DNA from: Acidaminobacteraceae bacterium
Lineage (GTDB): Bacteria; Bacillota; Clostridia; Peptostreptococcales; Acidaminobacteraceae
NCBI GenBank assembly: GCA_041753235.1
Contig: JBGSUZ010000242.1
Coordinates: 1 to 31,915 of the forward strand
Direction of reading: 5' to 3'
Length of the DNA: 31,915 bases
Both the position numbers and the translations under genes were made by a program. Shown here piece by piece: positions 1 through 9,947 of this stretch. The notes under the pieces were generated by a model, which saw only the letters and a program-made list of their open reading frames with translations, searched no databases and had not been told where the DNA came from. The stretch's first letter is position 1. Each line of letters opens with the position of its first letter.

Positions 1-1
1 C

Positions 2-1330
2 CGAATGAAGTCTAAAACACCTAAGGTATTACATAAAGTTGTTGGAAAATCAATGGTAGAACACGTTATTGATGCGGCAGATTCCGTTGGTTGCACTAGG
101 AAAATAGTCGTTGTAGGCAGTGGTCGTGAATTAGTTGAAGCTTATTTGTCTAAATTAGACTTAACGTTCGTCCATCAGGCAGAACGGCTTGGATCTGGTC
201 ATGCAGTTATGGTCTGTGATGATGAAATTCATTCAGACGAGGATGTACTCATATTGTGCGGAGATACGCCGCTGATTCAGGGTAAAACATTACAGAAATT
301 GATGGATACCCACAGAGCCACTAATAATGCCTGTACGGTACTGACGGCTGAACTTGAAGTACCCTTTGGTTATGGCCGGATTGTCAGAGATGCTAGCGGC
401 AATGTGCTTAAAATTGTTGAAGAAAAAGATGCTGACGACCAAATTAAGCAGATTAAAGAAATCAATTCAGGTATTTACTGCTTCAAAGGCGAACTGCTCA
501 AAACTTATTTAAAGAAAATAGACAATAATAACTCACAAAATGAGTATTACTTAACAGATATGTTAGAATTGCTGAACTTAGCAGGGTATCCAGTTGGAAC
601 GGCAATTGTAGAAGACTTCGACGACCTGCGCGGTGTCAATTCAAGATTACAGCTTAGTGAAAGTGAAGCCATTTTTAGAACGCGCATCAATGAACGATTA
701 ATGCACGAAGGGGTCACTTTTATTGATCCTAAGCAGACTTACGTTGAAAAAGACGTACAAATAGGCAGAGATACAATTTTATACCCTGGAACCCACCTAA
801 AAGGCAAAACGGTTATTGGCGAAGATTGCGAGATTGGTCCTAACGCGCACCTTGACAATGTTATACTCGGAAATGCCGTACAGGTGAAGGAGTCAACTTT
901 GACAGACAGCTCTGTTGGCAATGATACGACGGTTGGGCCTTATGCATACGTTCGACCGGGCAGTAAAGTTGGTTCAGATGTTAAGATTGGCGATTTTGTA
1001 GAGGTGAAAAACGCTGTAATCGGCAATGGAACGAAAATCTCGCACCTCACCTATGTGGGTGATGCGGAAGTAGGCGAACGGGTTAACTTAGGCTGTGGTG
1101 TTGTATTTGTCAACTATGACGGCAAGAATAAGTTTAAAACAGTGGTAGAAGATGACTGCTTTGTTGGCTGCAATGTCAATTTAGTATCGCCAGTGACAGT
1201 CAAAAAAGGCGCATACGTAGCGGCGGGCAGCACCATCACGAAGGATGTACCTGCGGGTGCGCTGGGTGTAGCCAGAGCAAGACAGACCAATATCGAAGGA
1301 TGGGTTGAGCGAAAAGGCACCAAAAAATAG
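2..1330 (+). CDS. glmU: Bifunctional UDP-N-acetylglucosamine pyrophosphorylase / glucosamine-1-phosphate acetyltransferase, 5'-truncated by the window edge
   Basis: RMKSKTPKVLH, EINSGIY, NNSQNEYYLTD, hexapeptide repeats and GCGVVFVNYDGKNK. The frame is open from base 2 (CGA, Arg). The Met at 5 is the internal M of the conserved ...AAGxGTRMKS motif, so the true start lies upstream of the window. Confidence 0.97.
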   Translation, partial: RMKSKTPKVLHKVVGKSMVEHVIDAADSVGCTRKIVVVGSGRELVEAYLSKLDLTFVHQAERLGSGHAVMVCDDEIHSDEDVLILCGDTPLIQGKTLQKLMDTHRATNNACTVLTAELEVPFGYGRIVRDASGNVLKIVEEKDADDQIKQIKEINSGIYCFKGELLKTYLKKIDNNNSQNEYYLTDMLELLNLAGYPVGTAIVEDFDDLRGVNSRLQLSESEAIFRTRINERLMHEGVTFIDPKQTYVEKDVQIGRDTILYPGTHLKGKTVIGEDCEIGPNAHLDNVILGNAVQVKESTLTDSSVGNDTTVGPYAYVRPGSKVGSDVKIGDFVEVKNAVIGNGTKISHLTYVGDAEVGERVNLGCGVVFVNYDGKNKFKTVVEDDCFVGCNVNLVSPVTVKKGAYVAAGSTITKDVPAGALGVARARQTNIEGWVERKGTKK

Positions 1331-1397
1331 ATTGCTAGCAAACGGCAGCTCAATAGAAGTTTGAGATTGCCTCACCACTAACTTATTGGAGGGTATC

Positions 1398-2348
1398 ATG
1401 CATACGAAAGGTAGAAAAATCAAGATTTTTGCAGGGAATTCCAACAAGGAACTTGCAGGAAAAATTTGTAACGAGTTGGGATTGCCACTTGGAGACGCAG
1501 AAGTTAAAACTTTTAGTGACGGCGAAATCGCTGTAAATTTTGATGAAACTGTCAGAGGTGTGGATGTTTACCTCATTCAATCCACGAGCTTACCGACCGT
1601 AAACGATTACATCATGGAGTTGCTTATCATGATAGATGCCTGCAAACGTGCATCTGCAGGTAGAATCACAGCGGTAATACCTTACTATGGTTACGCGAGA
1701 CAGGATCGTAAAGCGAAAGCAAGAGATCCAATCAGTGCGAAATTGGTTGCGAATTTACTCACAGCTGCTGGCGCAGACCGTATATTAACGATGGACCTCC
1801 ACGCTGCACAAATTCAAGGTTATTTTGACATTCCAGTGGATCATTTAGTGGGTGGCCCTATCCTTTCGAATTATTTTGCTGCAAAGAACATTGAAGACTT
1901 GGTAGTCGTATCGCCTGACCTTGGCAGTGTTGGCAGAGCTCGAAAATTTGCTGAGGGTTTAGATGCACCAATCGCCATCATTGACAAGAGACGTCCTAAA
2001 GCCAATATGTGTGAAGTTATGAACGTCATTGGCGATGTAGAAGGCAAGAATGTCATTTTGATTGACGATATGATTGATACAGCAGGCACTATTGTAAATG
2101 CCGCAAAAGCTCTAAGAGAACTTGGTGCTAAAGACGTTTATGCTTGTTGTACACATGCAGTCCTTTCAGGACCTGCTAAAGAGCGTATTAGAGATTCAGT
2201 CATCAAGGAGTTGGTCGTACTTGATACCATTTCCCAAGGAGATACGTCAGAACTTCCAAATTTAAAACAATTAACAGTTTCTCTATTATTTGCGGAATCA
2301 ATTCGCAGAATCTTCAACAACGATTCAGTTTCTAAGCTTTTTGACTAA
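1398..2348 (+). CDS. prs: Ribose-phosphate pyrophosphokinase
   Basis: [26 protein letters not shown] and [10 protein letters not shown] motifs. GGAGGG at 1388-1393 favours ATG 1398 over TTG 1386. Confidence 0.97.
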   Translation: MHTKGRKIKIFAGNSNKELAGKICNELGLPLGDAEVKTFSDGEIAVNFDETVRGVDVYLIQSTSLPTVNDYIMELLIMIDACKRASAGRITAVIPYYGYARQDRKAKARDPISAKLVANLLTAAGADRILTMDLHAAQIQGYFDIPVDHLVGGPILSNYFAAKNIEDLVVVSPDLGSVGRARKFAEGLDAPIAIIDKRRPKANMCEVMNVIGDVEGKNVILIDDMIDTAGTIVNAAKALRELGAKDVYACCTHAVLSGPAKERIRDSVIKELVVLDTISQGDTSELPNLKQLTVSLLFAESIRRIFNNDSVSKLFD

Positions 2349-2412
2349 AATTGGAACGTTTAAAAGTATGCTGAAAAAATCAATAAAAAAGCATAAATAT
2401 ATTTTTTTGCTA

Positions 2413-2441
2413 TTGCATTAAGAAAAATTAAAAACTAAAAT
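2413..2441 (+). promoter_or_regulatory. Candidate sigma-A promoter upstream of the chemoreceptor gene
   Basis: TTGCAT (2413-2418), 17 nt, TAAAAT (2436-2441). The region is very AT-rich, so a chance match is possible. Confidence 0.4.
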
Positions 2442-2453
2442 AGAAATTAATTG

Positions 2454-2490
2454 AAGGTCTCTTAAAAAATTTTAAGAGGCCTTTTTATTT
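2454..2490 (+). terminator. Intrinsic terminator-like hairpin between prs and the chemoreceptor gene
   Basis: AAGGTCTCTTAAAA / TTTTAAGAGGCCTT stem (one G.U) running into TTTTTATTT. Confidence 0.75.
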
Positions 2491-2549
2491 TCTCGTTTTA
2501 GAGAAATTATATTGGGGGTATATTAAAGACTAAATGAGGGGTGATGTTT

Positions 2550-4574
2550 ATGTCAAACAATCAAAAAACTGCGAAGTCTAAAGAAAAGATACAGAGAGCC
2601 GGGTTTGGAATTCGTACCAAACTCATTTCCGTATTTGCCATCATTATCATTGTGTCACTAACAACTTTGGGAACTATGTCATATGTGACAATGACCAATG
2701 TACTTCAGGACAATCTGAAATCTAATGGTGACGCAATCAATAAAGAAATAGCTTCTTCTATCAAAACGTATTTATCGAAGTATGAGCTGCTGGTAAACTA
2801 TCTGGCTGAAGATGCAAATGTAAAAGGTGCTATGAATGCAGAAAACGTACCTTGGATGATGAAAATGTTCGAGGGTTTTGCTAAGCAAGACGCAGAAATT
2901 ATGAACGTCTACTTGGGAACTGTGGATAAGAAGTTCCACTTATACCCACACGCAGACCTGCCAGCTGACTATGACCCAACAGGCAGACCATGGTTTACAG
3001 GTGCGGTTGCGGCAAATGGTCTTATGTGGACAGACCCATACGTAGATGCGACAACGGGCACATTAGTTCTTACCGCTGCAAAACCGGTATATGATGATGC
3101 CGGTAAACTCGTAGGTGTTGTAGCTATTGATATGTCTCTAGACACAATGGCGAAACGTGTTAATGCCATTACGGTAGGTAAAGCCGGTTATGTTTATATT
3201 GTTGATAAAGCTGGCAATACAATGGTTCACCCTGACAGCAAGCTTGTAGGTGCACCGATTCCAGTAGAGGCTATTACAAAAGCAATTAATACGAGTCCTT
3301 CTGGGTCGGTAGATTATTATCTGGAAAAAGCCCATAAGTTTACTACTTTTATGACGGTAGAAGGTTTGGGATGGCGCATTGGTTCATCTATGGACTTTAA
3401 AGAAATAGATGAAGACGCCAATGTGATATTAATTAATATCGCAGTAGTAGGTGTCATTGCAGTTGTATTATCTATCTTGGTGTCCTTTATTTTTGCAAGA
3501 GGCATTACTGAAAACTTAAATAAATTAGTACGCGCGCTCAGCAAAATCAAAGATGGTGACTTTACAACGCCAATCGAAGTTAAGAGTAGAGATGAAATTG
3601 GCTCATTGGCAAATTATTTTAGAGATACAATCAGTGAGCTGGCACATCTCATTAAGAATCTCCAAAGAGTTTCAAATGAACTTTCATATTCTGCAGAAAG
3701 CTTAGCGGCAACGTCTGAAGAAACAAGTGCTTCTGCCGACGAAGTAGCGAAAACAGTCGAGGACATTGCTAAAGGTGCTCAAGACCAAGCTGGAGATGCA
3801 GAACAAGGCGCAATGAAGGCGAAAGAACTTTCTAACAAGTTCCAAAACCTTAATCAAAATACAGAAGAAATGTTGGAAAGTGCACAGAAAGTTATGGAAG
3901 CCAATCATGTGGGCTTTAGAACTTTAGACGACCTTAAGGGTAAAACGGTTAAGAATGACCAAGCTAACCTTAGAATTGAAGTCGTCATTAACGAGCTCAA
4001 TGAAAAGACTAAGCATATCGGTACAATCTTAGATGCTATTTCTGCAATTTCTGTACAAACAAACTTACTTGCACTTAATGCGTCTATTGAAGACGCAAGA
4101 GCAGGTGAGCATGGCAGAGGCTTTGCCGTTGTTGCTGAGGAAATTCGTAAATTAGCGGAAGAATCTGCTAGAGCAGCCGACGAAGTACGTGATATTGTTA
4201 CGAACATTCAAGTTGACAGTAAGAAGACGGTAGACAGTATGTCTGAAATGAAGAGCATTTCTAAGGAACAAACCCTTGCAGTAGATGAGGTTAACGTTTC
4301 CTTCGAAACAATCAGTAGCTCAATCGATGACATTTCTAAGCAAATTGACCGCATCAGTGACTCTGTTAACCTGCTCAATGTAGACAAAGACAGCATTGTT
4401 GAGTCTATTGAAAACATCTCGGCAGTATCAGAAGAAACAGCGGCGGCTTCGGAAGAAGTTACAGCTTCAATGCAACAGCAAACCGTTGCAGTTGAAGAAG
4501 TTGCAAGAGCAGCAGAAAAACTCAATGAAATCGCTTCTGAACTCAATTCAGAAATCAGCAAATTTAGAGTCTAG
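2550..4574 (+). CDS. Methyl-accepting chemotaxis protein (TM - dCache_1 - TM - HAMP - signalling domain), predicted amino-acid sensor
   Basis: Two hydrophobic helices flank a periplasmic domain with YDPTGRPWF...PYVDATTG...GVVAID. HAMP motif SRDEIGSLA; signalling tip [40 protein letters not shown] at 2536-2541 favours ATG 2550. Confidence 0.95.
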   Translation: MSNNQKTAKSKEKIQRAGFGIRTKLISVFAIIIIVSLTTLGTMSYVTMTNVLQDNLKSNGDAINKEIASSIKTYLSKYELLVNYLAEDANVKGAMNAENVPWMMKMFEGFAKQDAEIMNVYLGTVDKKFHLYPHADLPADYDPTGRPWFTGAVAANGLMWTDPYVDATTGTLVLTAAKPVYDDAGKLVGVVAIDMSLDTMAKRVNAITVGKAGYVYIVDKAGNTMVHPDSKLVGAPIPVEAITKAINTSPSGSVDYYLEKAHKFTTFMTVEGLGWRIGSSMDFKEIDEDANVILINIAVVGVIAVVLSILVSFIFARGITENLNKLVRALSKIKDGDFTTPIEVKSRDEIGSLANYFRDTISELAHLIKNLQRVSNELSYSAESLAATSEETSASADEVAKTVEDIAKGAQDQAGDAEQGAMKAKELSNKFQNLNQNTEEMLESAQKVMEANHVGFRTLDDLKGKTVKNDQANLRIEVVINELNEKTKHIGTILDAISAISVQTNLLALNASIEDARAGEHGRGFAVVAEEIRKLAEESARAADEVRDIVTNIQVDSKKTVDSMSEMKSISKEQTLAVDEVNVSFETISSSIDDISKQIDRISDSVNLLNVDKDSIVESIENISAVSEETAAASEEVTASMQQQTVAVEEVARAAEKLNEIASELNSEISKFRV

Positions 4575-4606
4575 GTTCCAAATTAAGATTATTACATCTT
4601 CAATAC

Positions 4607-4642
4607 AAAAACACCTGAGGCATTATCCTCAGGTGTTTTTTT
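4607..4642 (+). terminator. Intrinsic terminator after the chemoreceptor gene
   Basis: Perfect 14-bp stem AAAAACACCTGAGG / CCTCAGGTGTTTTT, loop CATTAT, T run. Confidence 0.9.
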
Positions 4643-4729
4643 GTTTATAATGTAAGGTGGCAATTTAGATATATGCACACTAGAGACATTTAACCTGAAC
4701 GCTTTACCGTTTCAGCTTTGGAGGTATTT

Positions 4730-5290
4730 ATGTATTTGATCGTAGGTCTTGGCAATCCGGGAAAGAAGTACGAATTGACGAGACATAACATAGGGTTTGA
4801 AGTCTTAGACTTATTGTCGAAGACACTAGACATTCCCGTCACAAAAACAAAATTTAAGGCATTAATTGGCGAAGGCCGTATAGGCACAGAAAAAGTTGTC
4901 TTAGCAAAACCGCAGACCTTTATGAACCTAAGTGGTGAAGCCGTTATGGCGATGATGAGCTTTTATAACATTGACCCAGAGCACCTGATTGTCATTTACG
5001 ATGACATCGACACAGCGCCTGGCAAAATAAGAATTCGTAAAAAAGGCAGTGCGGGTACCCACAACGGAATGCGCAATATTATTTACTTAATGAAAGAAGA
5101 TGCTTTTCCAAGAGTACGCATTGGCATAGGCAAGCAGCAACATGGAGACTTAGCCGACTATGTCCTCAGCCGATTTGGTAAAGATGAGATTCCGATGATG
5201 GGTGAAGCTATTGAAAAAGCGAAAGACAGTGTACTCATGATGATAGAAAAAAATGTAGACGACGCCATGAATACATTCAACGCCAAGTAG
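4730..5290 (+). CDS. pth: Peptidyl-tRNA hydrolase
   Basis: LIVGLGNPG, TRHNIGF, KPQTFMNLSG, GTHNGM, RVRIGIG. GGAGG at 4720-4724 precedes ATG 4730. Confidence 0.97.
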   Translation: MYLIVGLGNPGKKYELTRHNIGFEVLDLLSKTLDIPVTKTKFKALIGEGRIGTEKVVLAKPQTFMNLSGEAVMAMMSFYNIDPEHLIVIYDDIDTAPGKIRIRKKGSAGTHNGMRNIIYLMKEDAFPRVRIGIGKQQHGDLADYVLSRFGKDEIPMMGEAIEKAKDSVLMMIEKNVDDAMNTFNAK

Positions 5291-5311
5291 TATGAGGAAG
5301 GAGGAACGTGC

Positions 5312-8300
5312 GTGAAGCAATTTTTGACCAATGCCGTTCGACAAACGAATGAGTACCAACAAATTTTACAGTCATTAGAAAATGGCCATCATGTAACTGC
5401 CATAAACGGCATCTGGGAAAATGCTGCAGCCATGTTCCTACTGACCTTAATGGCGGACCAGCCGCGCAACTATTTGGTGATAGGTGCAAATGATTCGGAA
5501 GCGAAAGCCTTCTTTGAAGCTGCTACAGCTATGGACCCAGACACGTGCTATTTTCCGACAAAAGACTTAGTGCTCTTTGACGCGTACGCCCATTCACACG
5601 AAATTTTAAACGAACGGATTCGTACATTAAGACAGTTGGTGTTTGACCCTAAGCCCAGAATGATTGTCACTACGGCAGAGGCACTCATGACCAAACTGCC
5701 ACCAAAGGCACTGTGGGACGAAGCACAAGTTAAATTAGAAGTTGGAGACGACGTGCAAGTCGAACCTCTAATACGAAAACTCTTAGCCATGGGCTATACC
5801 CGCGAAGAATTGGTGACTCATCCGGGCAGTTTTTCTATTCGTGGGGGCATTGTGGACTTATTCCCTGTTGGCGAAGAACTGCCTTATCGCTTAGAGCTCT
5901 TTGACACAGAGGTGGATAGTTTAAGGACTTTTGATCCTGCCACTCAGCTGTCACTCGAAAAATGTAAGACGTTGGTCTTTGGCCCTGCAACTGAATTACT
6001 CTTAGACGAAGACCTGCGCCAACATCTGAGTCAAAAAATAAAAAAAGCCCTTAAAAAGGCTGAAAACGATGAATGGATTGAACGGTTAGAAAGTCTGCTA
6101 GACCATTTGGATACAGGGATTTACCCAAGCAACCTAGACAAATTTTATGGACTGGCCTTCGACCATCAAGGGTACGGTCTTTTAGACTACCTTAGCAAAG
6201 AGGATGTGGTGGTGCTCTTAGACAATAGCCATGTCAAAGAACGTTACGGCGCCGCCTACAACAGCTTCTTGGAGAGTTTTAAAGACCATTTGGAACGCGA
6301 GAAAGCCTTTAAGGAGCAATTAGCGCTGGCGTTTACGTACCCAGAACTGCTCAAACAAGCACAGGCCAAACAGGTCATTACCATAGACGCAATCGCCAAA
6401 CGCATTCCTGACTTCAAAGTAGACGAAATGATTGCGGTTAAGACGATGGAGAGTCCACTGTATCACGGCAAACTAGAACATATGCTGGAAGACTTAAAAC
6501 AGTGGCTTTATAAAGGGTACAAGGTGGCAATCGCCCTTGGATCAGATTCGAAATGCAAAAACGTCGAGGCGGCCCTTCGTGAAGAACAAGTTCCTTTTTT
6601 AGATGGTACCTTCGACAAACCCCTATCTGGCATGTGCTATTTCCTGCCAGATGATCTCAAGCATGGGTTTCAGCTAACCGCGTCTAAATTTGTTTTGTTG
6701 ACAGATAAGGAACTATTTGGCACACCTTATCGTAAAAAGACCAGTTCTGGCAGTAAGAAAAAAGGACAGATGATCAAGAGCTTCACTGAGCTGACAGTTG
6801 GCAGCTTAGTGGTTCATGAAAATCACGGTATCGCTCGCTATGTAGGTTTGGAACAGCTGGTAGTAGACGGCTTGAAACGCGACTACCTCAAACTCAATTA
6901 TTCTGGGGAGGACCATCTCTACATACCCGTAGAAAATATGGACGCTATCCAGAAATACATTGGCGCTGAGGAAATGGAAGTAAAGCTGTCGAAACTTGGC
7001 AGCGGTGAATGGCAACGGGCTAAGGCACGCGTTAAGAAGTCCATTGAGGATATGACAGAAGACCTGATAAAGCTTTATGCTGAGCGTCAGAGTCGAAAGG
7101 GCCATATTTATCCAATTGACACCGACTGGCAGAAGAACTTTGAGGAAATGTTCCCTTATGAGGAAACGCAGGATCAGCTAAAGTGCATTGCTGAAATCAA
7201 AAAAGACATGGAACAGGAACTTTGTATGGAGCGTCTTCTTTGTGGCGATGTAGGCTACGGCAAAACGGAAGTGGCTATACGAGCCGTCTTCAAAGCAGCT
7301 ATGGACGGCAAACAAGTGGCATTCCTCGTACCAACGACTATTTTAGCCCAACAGCATTATAGTAATTTAGTTTCCCGCTTCTCTAAATTTCCTATAAAAG
7401 TGGAAATGCTCAGCCGTTTTAGAACGAAGAAGCAACAAGATCAAATCATAGAGGACTTAAGAACAGGCGTAGTCGATGTCGTTGTCGGTACCCACCGCAT
7501 TCTGTCAAAAGACGTCGTATACAAGGACCTCGGGTTACTCGTAATAGACGAAGAACAACGATTTGGTGTCAAACATAAGGAATCCATTAAGCAAATGAAG
7601 GTCAATGTAGATGTATTGACGCTAACCGCAACACCAATTCCAAGGACACTTCACATGTCTTTGATTGGCATACGAGACATGAGCGTCTTGGAAGATCCAC
7701 CGGAAGATCGCTACCCAATCCAGACTTATGTCGTAGAATTTGACGAACTTCTAGTAAAGGATTGGATTCATAGGGAAGTGGACCGTGGCGGGCAGGCCTT
7801 TTTTGTGCATAACCGAGTTCAAGACATAGACCATATCACTGCAAGACTGAGTCAGCTCATGCCAGATGTACGCATTGAATTCGCTCATGGTCAGATGGCA
7901 GAGAACAAGTTGGAAAAAATCATGCTAGGTTTCCTCAATCATGAATTTGACGTACTAGTTTGTACGACAATCATAGAAACCGGTTTAGATATTTCCAACG
8001 TCAACACCATCATAATTAATGATGCAGATAAAATGGGTCTTTCTCAGCTCTATCAGCTGAGAGGACGGGTCGGCAGAAGTAACCGTATTGCCTACGCTTA
8101 TTTAACGTATCAAAAGAACAAGATTTTAACAGAAATTGCAGAAAAACGGCTCAAGGCCATCAAAGAATTTACTGAGCTGGGAGCAGGCTTTAAAATCGCC
8201 ATGAAGGATTTGGAGATTCGGGGTGCAGGCAATCTGTTAGGCTCAGATCAACACGGACATATGGCGACAGTTGGTTATGAGATGTTCTGCAAACTTCTTG

Positions 8301-8794
8301 AAGAGCAGGTGAGACGTATTAAAGGTGAGGCGGTTGAAAACTTCACTGACACAACAATCGAAATTTCAGTCAACGCATTTATACCGGAACAGTACATTAC
8401 GCAACCGGAGCAAAAGCTCGACATGTACAAACGTATTTCCTCTATACGCAATCAAGAAGACAAGTACAAGGTGGAAGAAGAGCTAGAAGACCGTTATGGC
8501 ACATTGCCGCAAGCTGTTTACAATTTGCTGTCAATTGCGCATATTAAGGCACTTTCTCAGAAGATAGGCATTGGGCTCATTAAAGAACATGAGGAACACA
8601 TTAACCTCTATTTTGTCGAAAATCCACAGGTAGGACCAGAGTTAGTTATTAAAGCCACGGATGTGGTTGGTAAGCGCATTGCGTTTGTGATGACCTCTAA
8701 GCCCTATATGAAGTTCAAATTCAGCAAGTTAAAGCTGACAAAAGAAGGAAAAATCAATGAATTAGAAGTTTTTTTAATGCATTTGACATCATAA
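5312..8794 (+). CDS. mfd: Transcription-repair coupling factor
   Basis: UvrB-like FSIRGGIVD, CarD-like VVHENHGIARY, GDVGYGKTEVA, DEEQRFGV, TATPIPRT, QLRGRVGRS, DLEIRGAGNLLG. AGGAGG precedes the GTG start. Confidence 0.97.
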   Translation: MKQFLTNAVRQTNEYQQILQSLENGHHVTAINGIWENAAAMFLLTLMADQPRNYLVIGANDSEAKAFFEAATAMDPDTCYFPTKDLVLFDAYAHSHEILNERIRTLRQLVFDPKPRMIVTTAEALMTKLPPKALWDEAQVKLEVGDDVQVEPLIRKLLAMGYTREELVTHPGSFSIRGGIVDLFPVGEELPYRLELFDTEVDSLRTFDPATQLSLEKCKTLVFGPATELLLDEDLRQHLSQKIKKALKKAENDEWIERLESLLDHLDTGIYPSNLDKFYGLAFDHQGYGLLDYLSKEDVVVLLDNSHVKERYGAAYNSFLESFKDHLEREKAFKEQLALAFTYPELLKQAQAKQVITIDAIAKRIPDFKVDEMIAVKTMESPLYHGKLEHMLEDLKQWLYKGYKVAIALGSDSKCKNVEAALREEQVPFLDGTFDKPLSGMCYFLPDDLKHGFQLTASKFVLLTDKELFGTPYRKKTSSGSKKKGQMIKSFTELTVGSLVVHENHGIARYVGLEQLVVDGLKRDYLKLNYSGEDHLYIPVENMDAIQKYIGAEEMEVKLSKLGSGEWQRAKARVKKSIEDMTEDLIKLYAERQSRKGHIYPIDTDWQKNFEEMFPYEETQDQLKCIAEIKKDMEQELCMERLLCGDVGYGKTEVAIRAVFKAAMDGKQVAFLVPTTILAQQHYSNLVSRFSKFPIKVEMLSRFRTKKQQDQIIEDLRTGVVDVVVGTHRILSKDVVYKDLGLLVIDEEQRFGVKHKESIKQMKVNVDVLTLTATPIPRTLHMSLIGIRDMSVLEDPPEDRYPIQTYVVEFDELLVKDWIHREVDRGGQAFFVHNRVQDIDHITARLSQLMPDVRIEFAHGQMAENKLEKIMLGFLNHEFDVLVCTTIIETGLDISNVNTIIINDADKMGLSQLYQLRGRVGRSNRIAYAYLTYQKNKILTEIAEKRLKAIKEFTELGAGFKIAMKDLEIRGAGNLLGSDQHGHMATVGYEMFCKLLEEQVRRIKGEAVENFTDTTIEISVNAFIPEQYITQPEQKLDMYKRISSIRNQEDKYKVEEELEDRYGTLPQAVYNLLSIAHIKALSQKIGIGLIKEHEEHINLYFVENPQVGPELVIKATDVVGKRIAFVMTSKPYMKFKFSKLKLTKEGKINELEVFLMHLTS

Positions 8795-8811
8795 TGTAAG
8801 ACAAAATAAGG

Positions 8812-8840
8812 TTTAAACCCTTGGAGAATTATTATATAAT
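8812..8840 (+). promoter_or_regulatory. Candidate sigma-A promoter for prsA
   Basis: TTTAAA (8812-8817), 17 nt, TATAAT (8835-8840), about 40 nt before the ATG. Confidence 0.55.
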
Positions 8841-8880
8841 GGCATTATGTCTATTATAGGAAAGTAAGGAGAGTACAACT

Positions 8881-9849
8881 ATGAAAGCAAATTTTAAAAA
8901 AATCATCGGCACTGCGCTGATTGGTATTTTAGCCTTTTCGGTAACTGGCTGCGGTCTTGGAAATAAGGTTCCTGAAAATGCAGTAGCGATGGTAGACGAT
9001 AAGGTGATTACCATTGAAGACTACAACAGAAGCTTTGCGATGATTGAAAAAAGCTACAACGAAATATATGGGGACACCATTTGGACTCAAGAAGTTCAAG
9101 GTCAAACCGTCAAGGATATGGTTAAAAGCCAACTGCTTGACAGTATGGTTCAAGAGCAATTGATTATTAAAGAAGTAGAGAAAACTAATTTTGAACTCAA
9201 AGACTCAGAGGTGGCAGAATCTTATAAAGCCTTTATGGAAGCCGTTGATAAAGATGAGGCGACGAAGAAGTTTTATACAGAAAAGGGCTTAGACGAAGCG
9301 TTTATCAAAAAACAAATCACTTCACAGCTCTACAAAGAAGAATTTGACAAGACTATAAAAGCAGCACTTGAGAAGGACCAAGCAAAACTAGACGAACTTT
9401 ACAAAACCTACCCAATTCAAATTGGCGCAAGTCATATTTTAGTGACTGAGGAAGCTAAGGCGAAGGAACTGCTTAAAAAAGTGAAGGCAGGCGATGATTT
9501 TAAAAAGCTTGCAGAAGAAAATTCAATTGACAAAGCATCTGCTAAAAACGGTGGTAGTTTAGGTTTATTCCCAAGAGGTGTTATGGTGCCTGAATTTGAA
9601 AAGGCAGCATTTGCACTCAAAGTTGGCGAAGTAAGCGACGTGGTTCAGTCTAAATTCGGTTACCATATCATCAAGGTAGACGAAATTCAGACCTTAGATA
9701 CATTAGTAGCAGCCGGCGCTAAAGCAGAAGAAGTGGAAGTATACAAGCGTACCATTTTAAGCAATTTGACGAATGACGAGACAAAGGCTAAAATCGAAAC
9801 GCTTAAAAAGGAATCAAAAGTTCAAACTTTCCCAGATAGAATTAAATAA
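8881..9849 (+). CDS. prsA: Foldase PrsA (parvulin-type PPIase lipoprotein)
   Basis: Basic N-terminus, hydrophobic stretch and lipobox-like VTGC. Parvulin motifs ASHILV, GGSLGLF, MVPEFEKAAF, SKFGYHIIK. Usual position after mfd. Confidence 0.9.
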   Translation: MKANFKKIIGTALIGILAFSVTGCGLGNKVPENAVAMVDDKVITIEDYNRSFAMIEKSYNEIYGDTIWTQEVQGQTVKDMVKSQLLDSMVQEQLIIKEVEKTNFELKDSEVAESYKAFMEAVDKDEATKKFYTEKGLDEAFIKKQITSQLYKEEFDKTIKAALEKDQAKLDELYKTYPIQIGASHILVTEEAKAKELLKKVKAGDDFKKLAEENSIDKASAKNGGSLGLFPRGVMVPEFEKAAFALKVGEVSDVVQSKFGYHIIKVDEIQTLDTLVAAGAKAEEVEVYKRTILSNLTNDETKAKIETLKKESKVQTFPDRIK

Positions 9850-9872
9850 GATAGGCGGAAGCCTCAATAACC

Positions 9873-9909
9873 AGGGATTGTATATCGAGGCGTATGCAAT
9901 CCCTTTTTT
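9873..9909 (+). terminator. Intrinsic terminator after prsA
   Basis: AGGGATTGTATA / TATGCAATCCCT 12-bp stem (one G.U), 8-nt loop, T6 tail. Confidence 0.8.
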
Positions 9910-9947
9910 AGACCATAAACATAAAAAGTCGTTATCAGGAGGGTTAC

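Noticed and set aside
2349-2549. Sigma-28 promoter or c-di-GMP riboswitch upstream of the chemoreceptor
   Set aside because: No TAAA-N15-GCCGATAA match and no GEMM-type core; the region is nearly all A/T.
8783-8811. TTGACA at the end of mfd as a -35 element
   Set aside because: No acceptable -10 at 16-18 nt; the TTTAAA/TATAAT pair downstream fits better.
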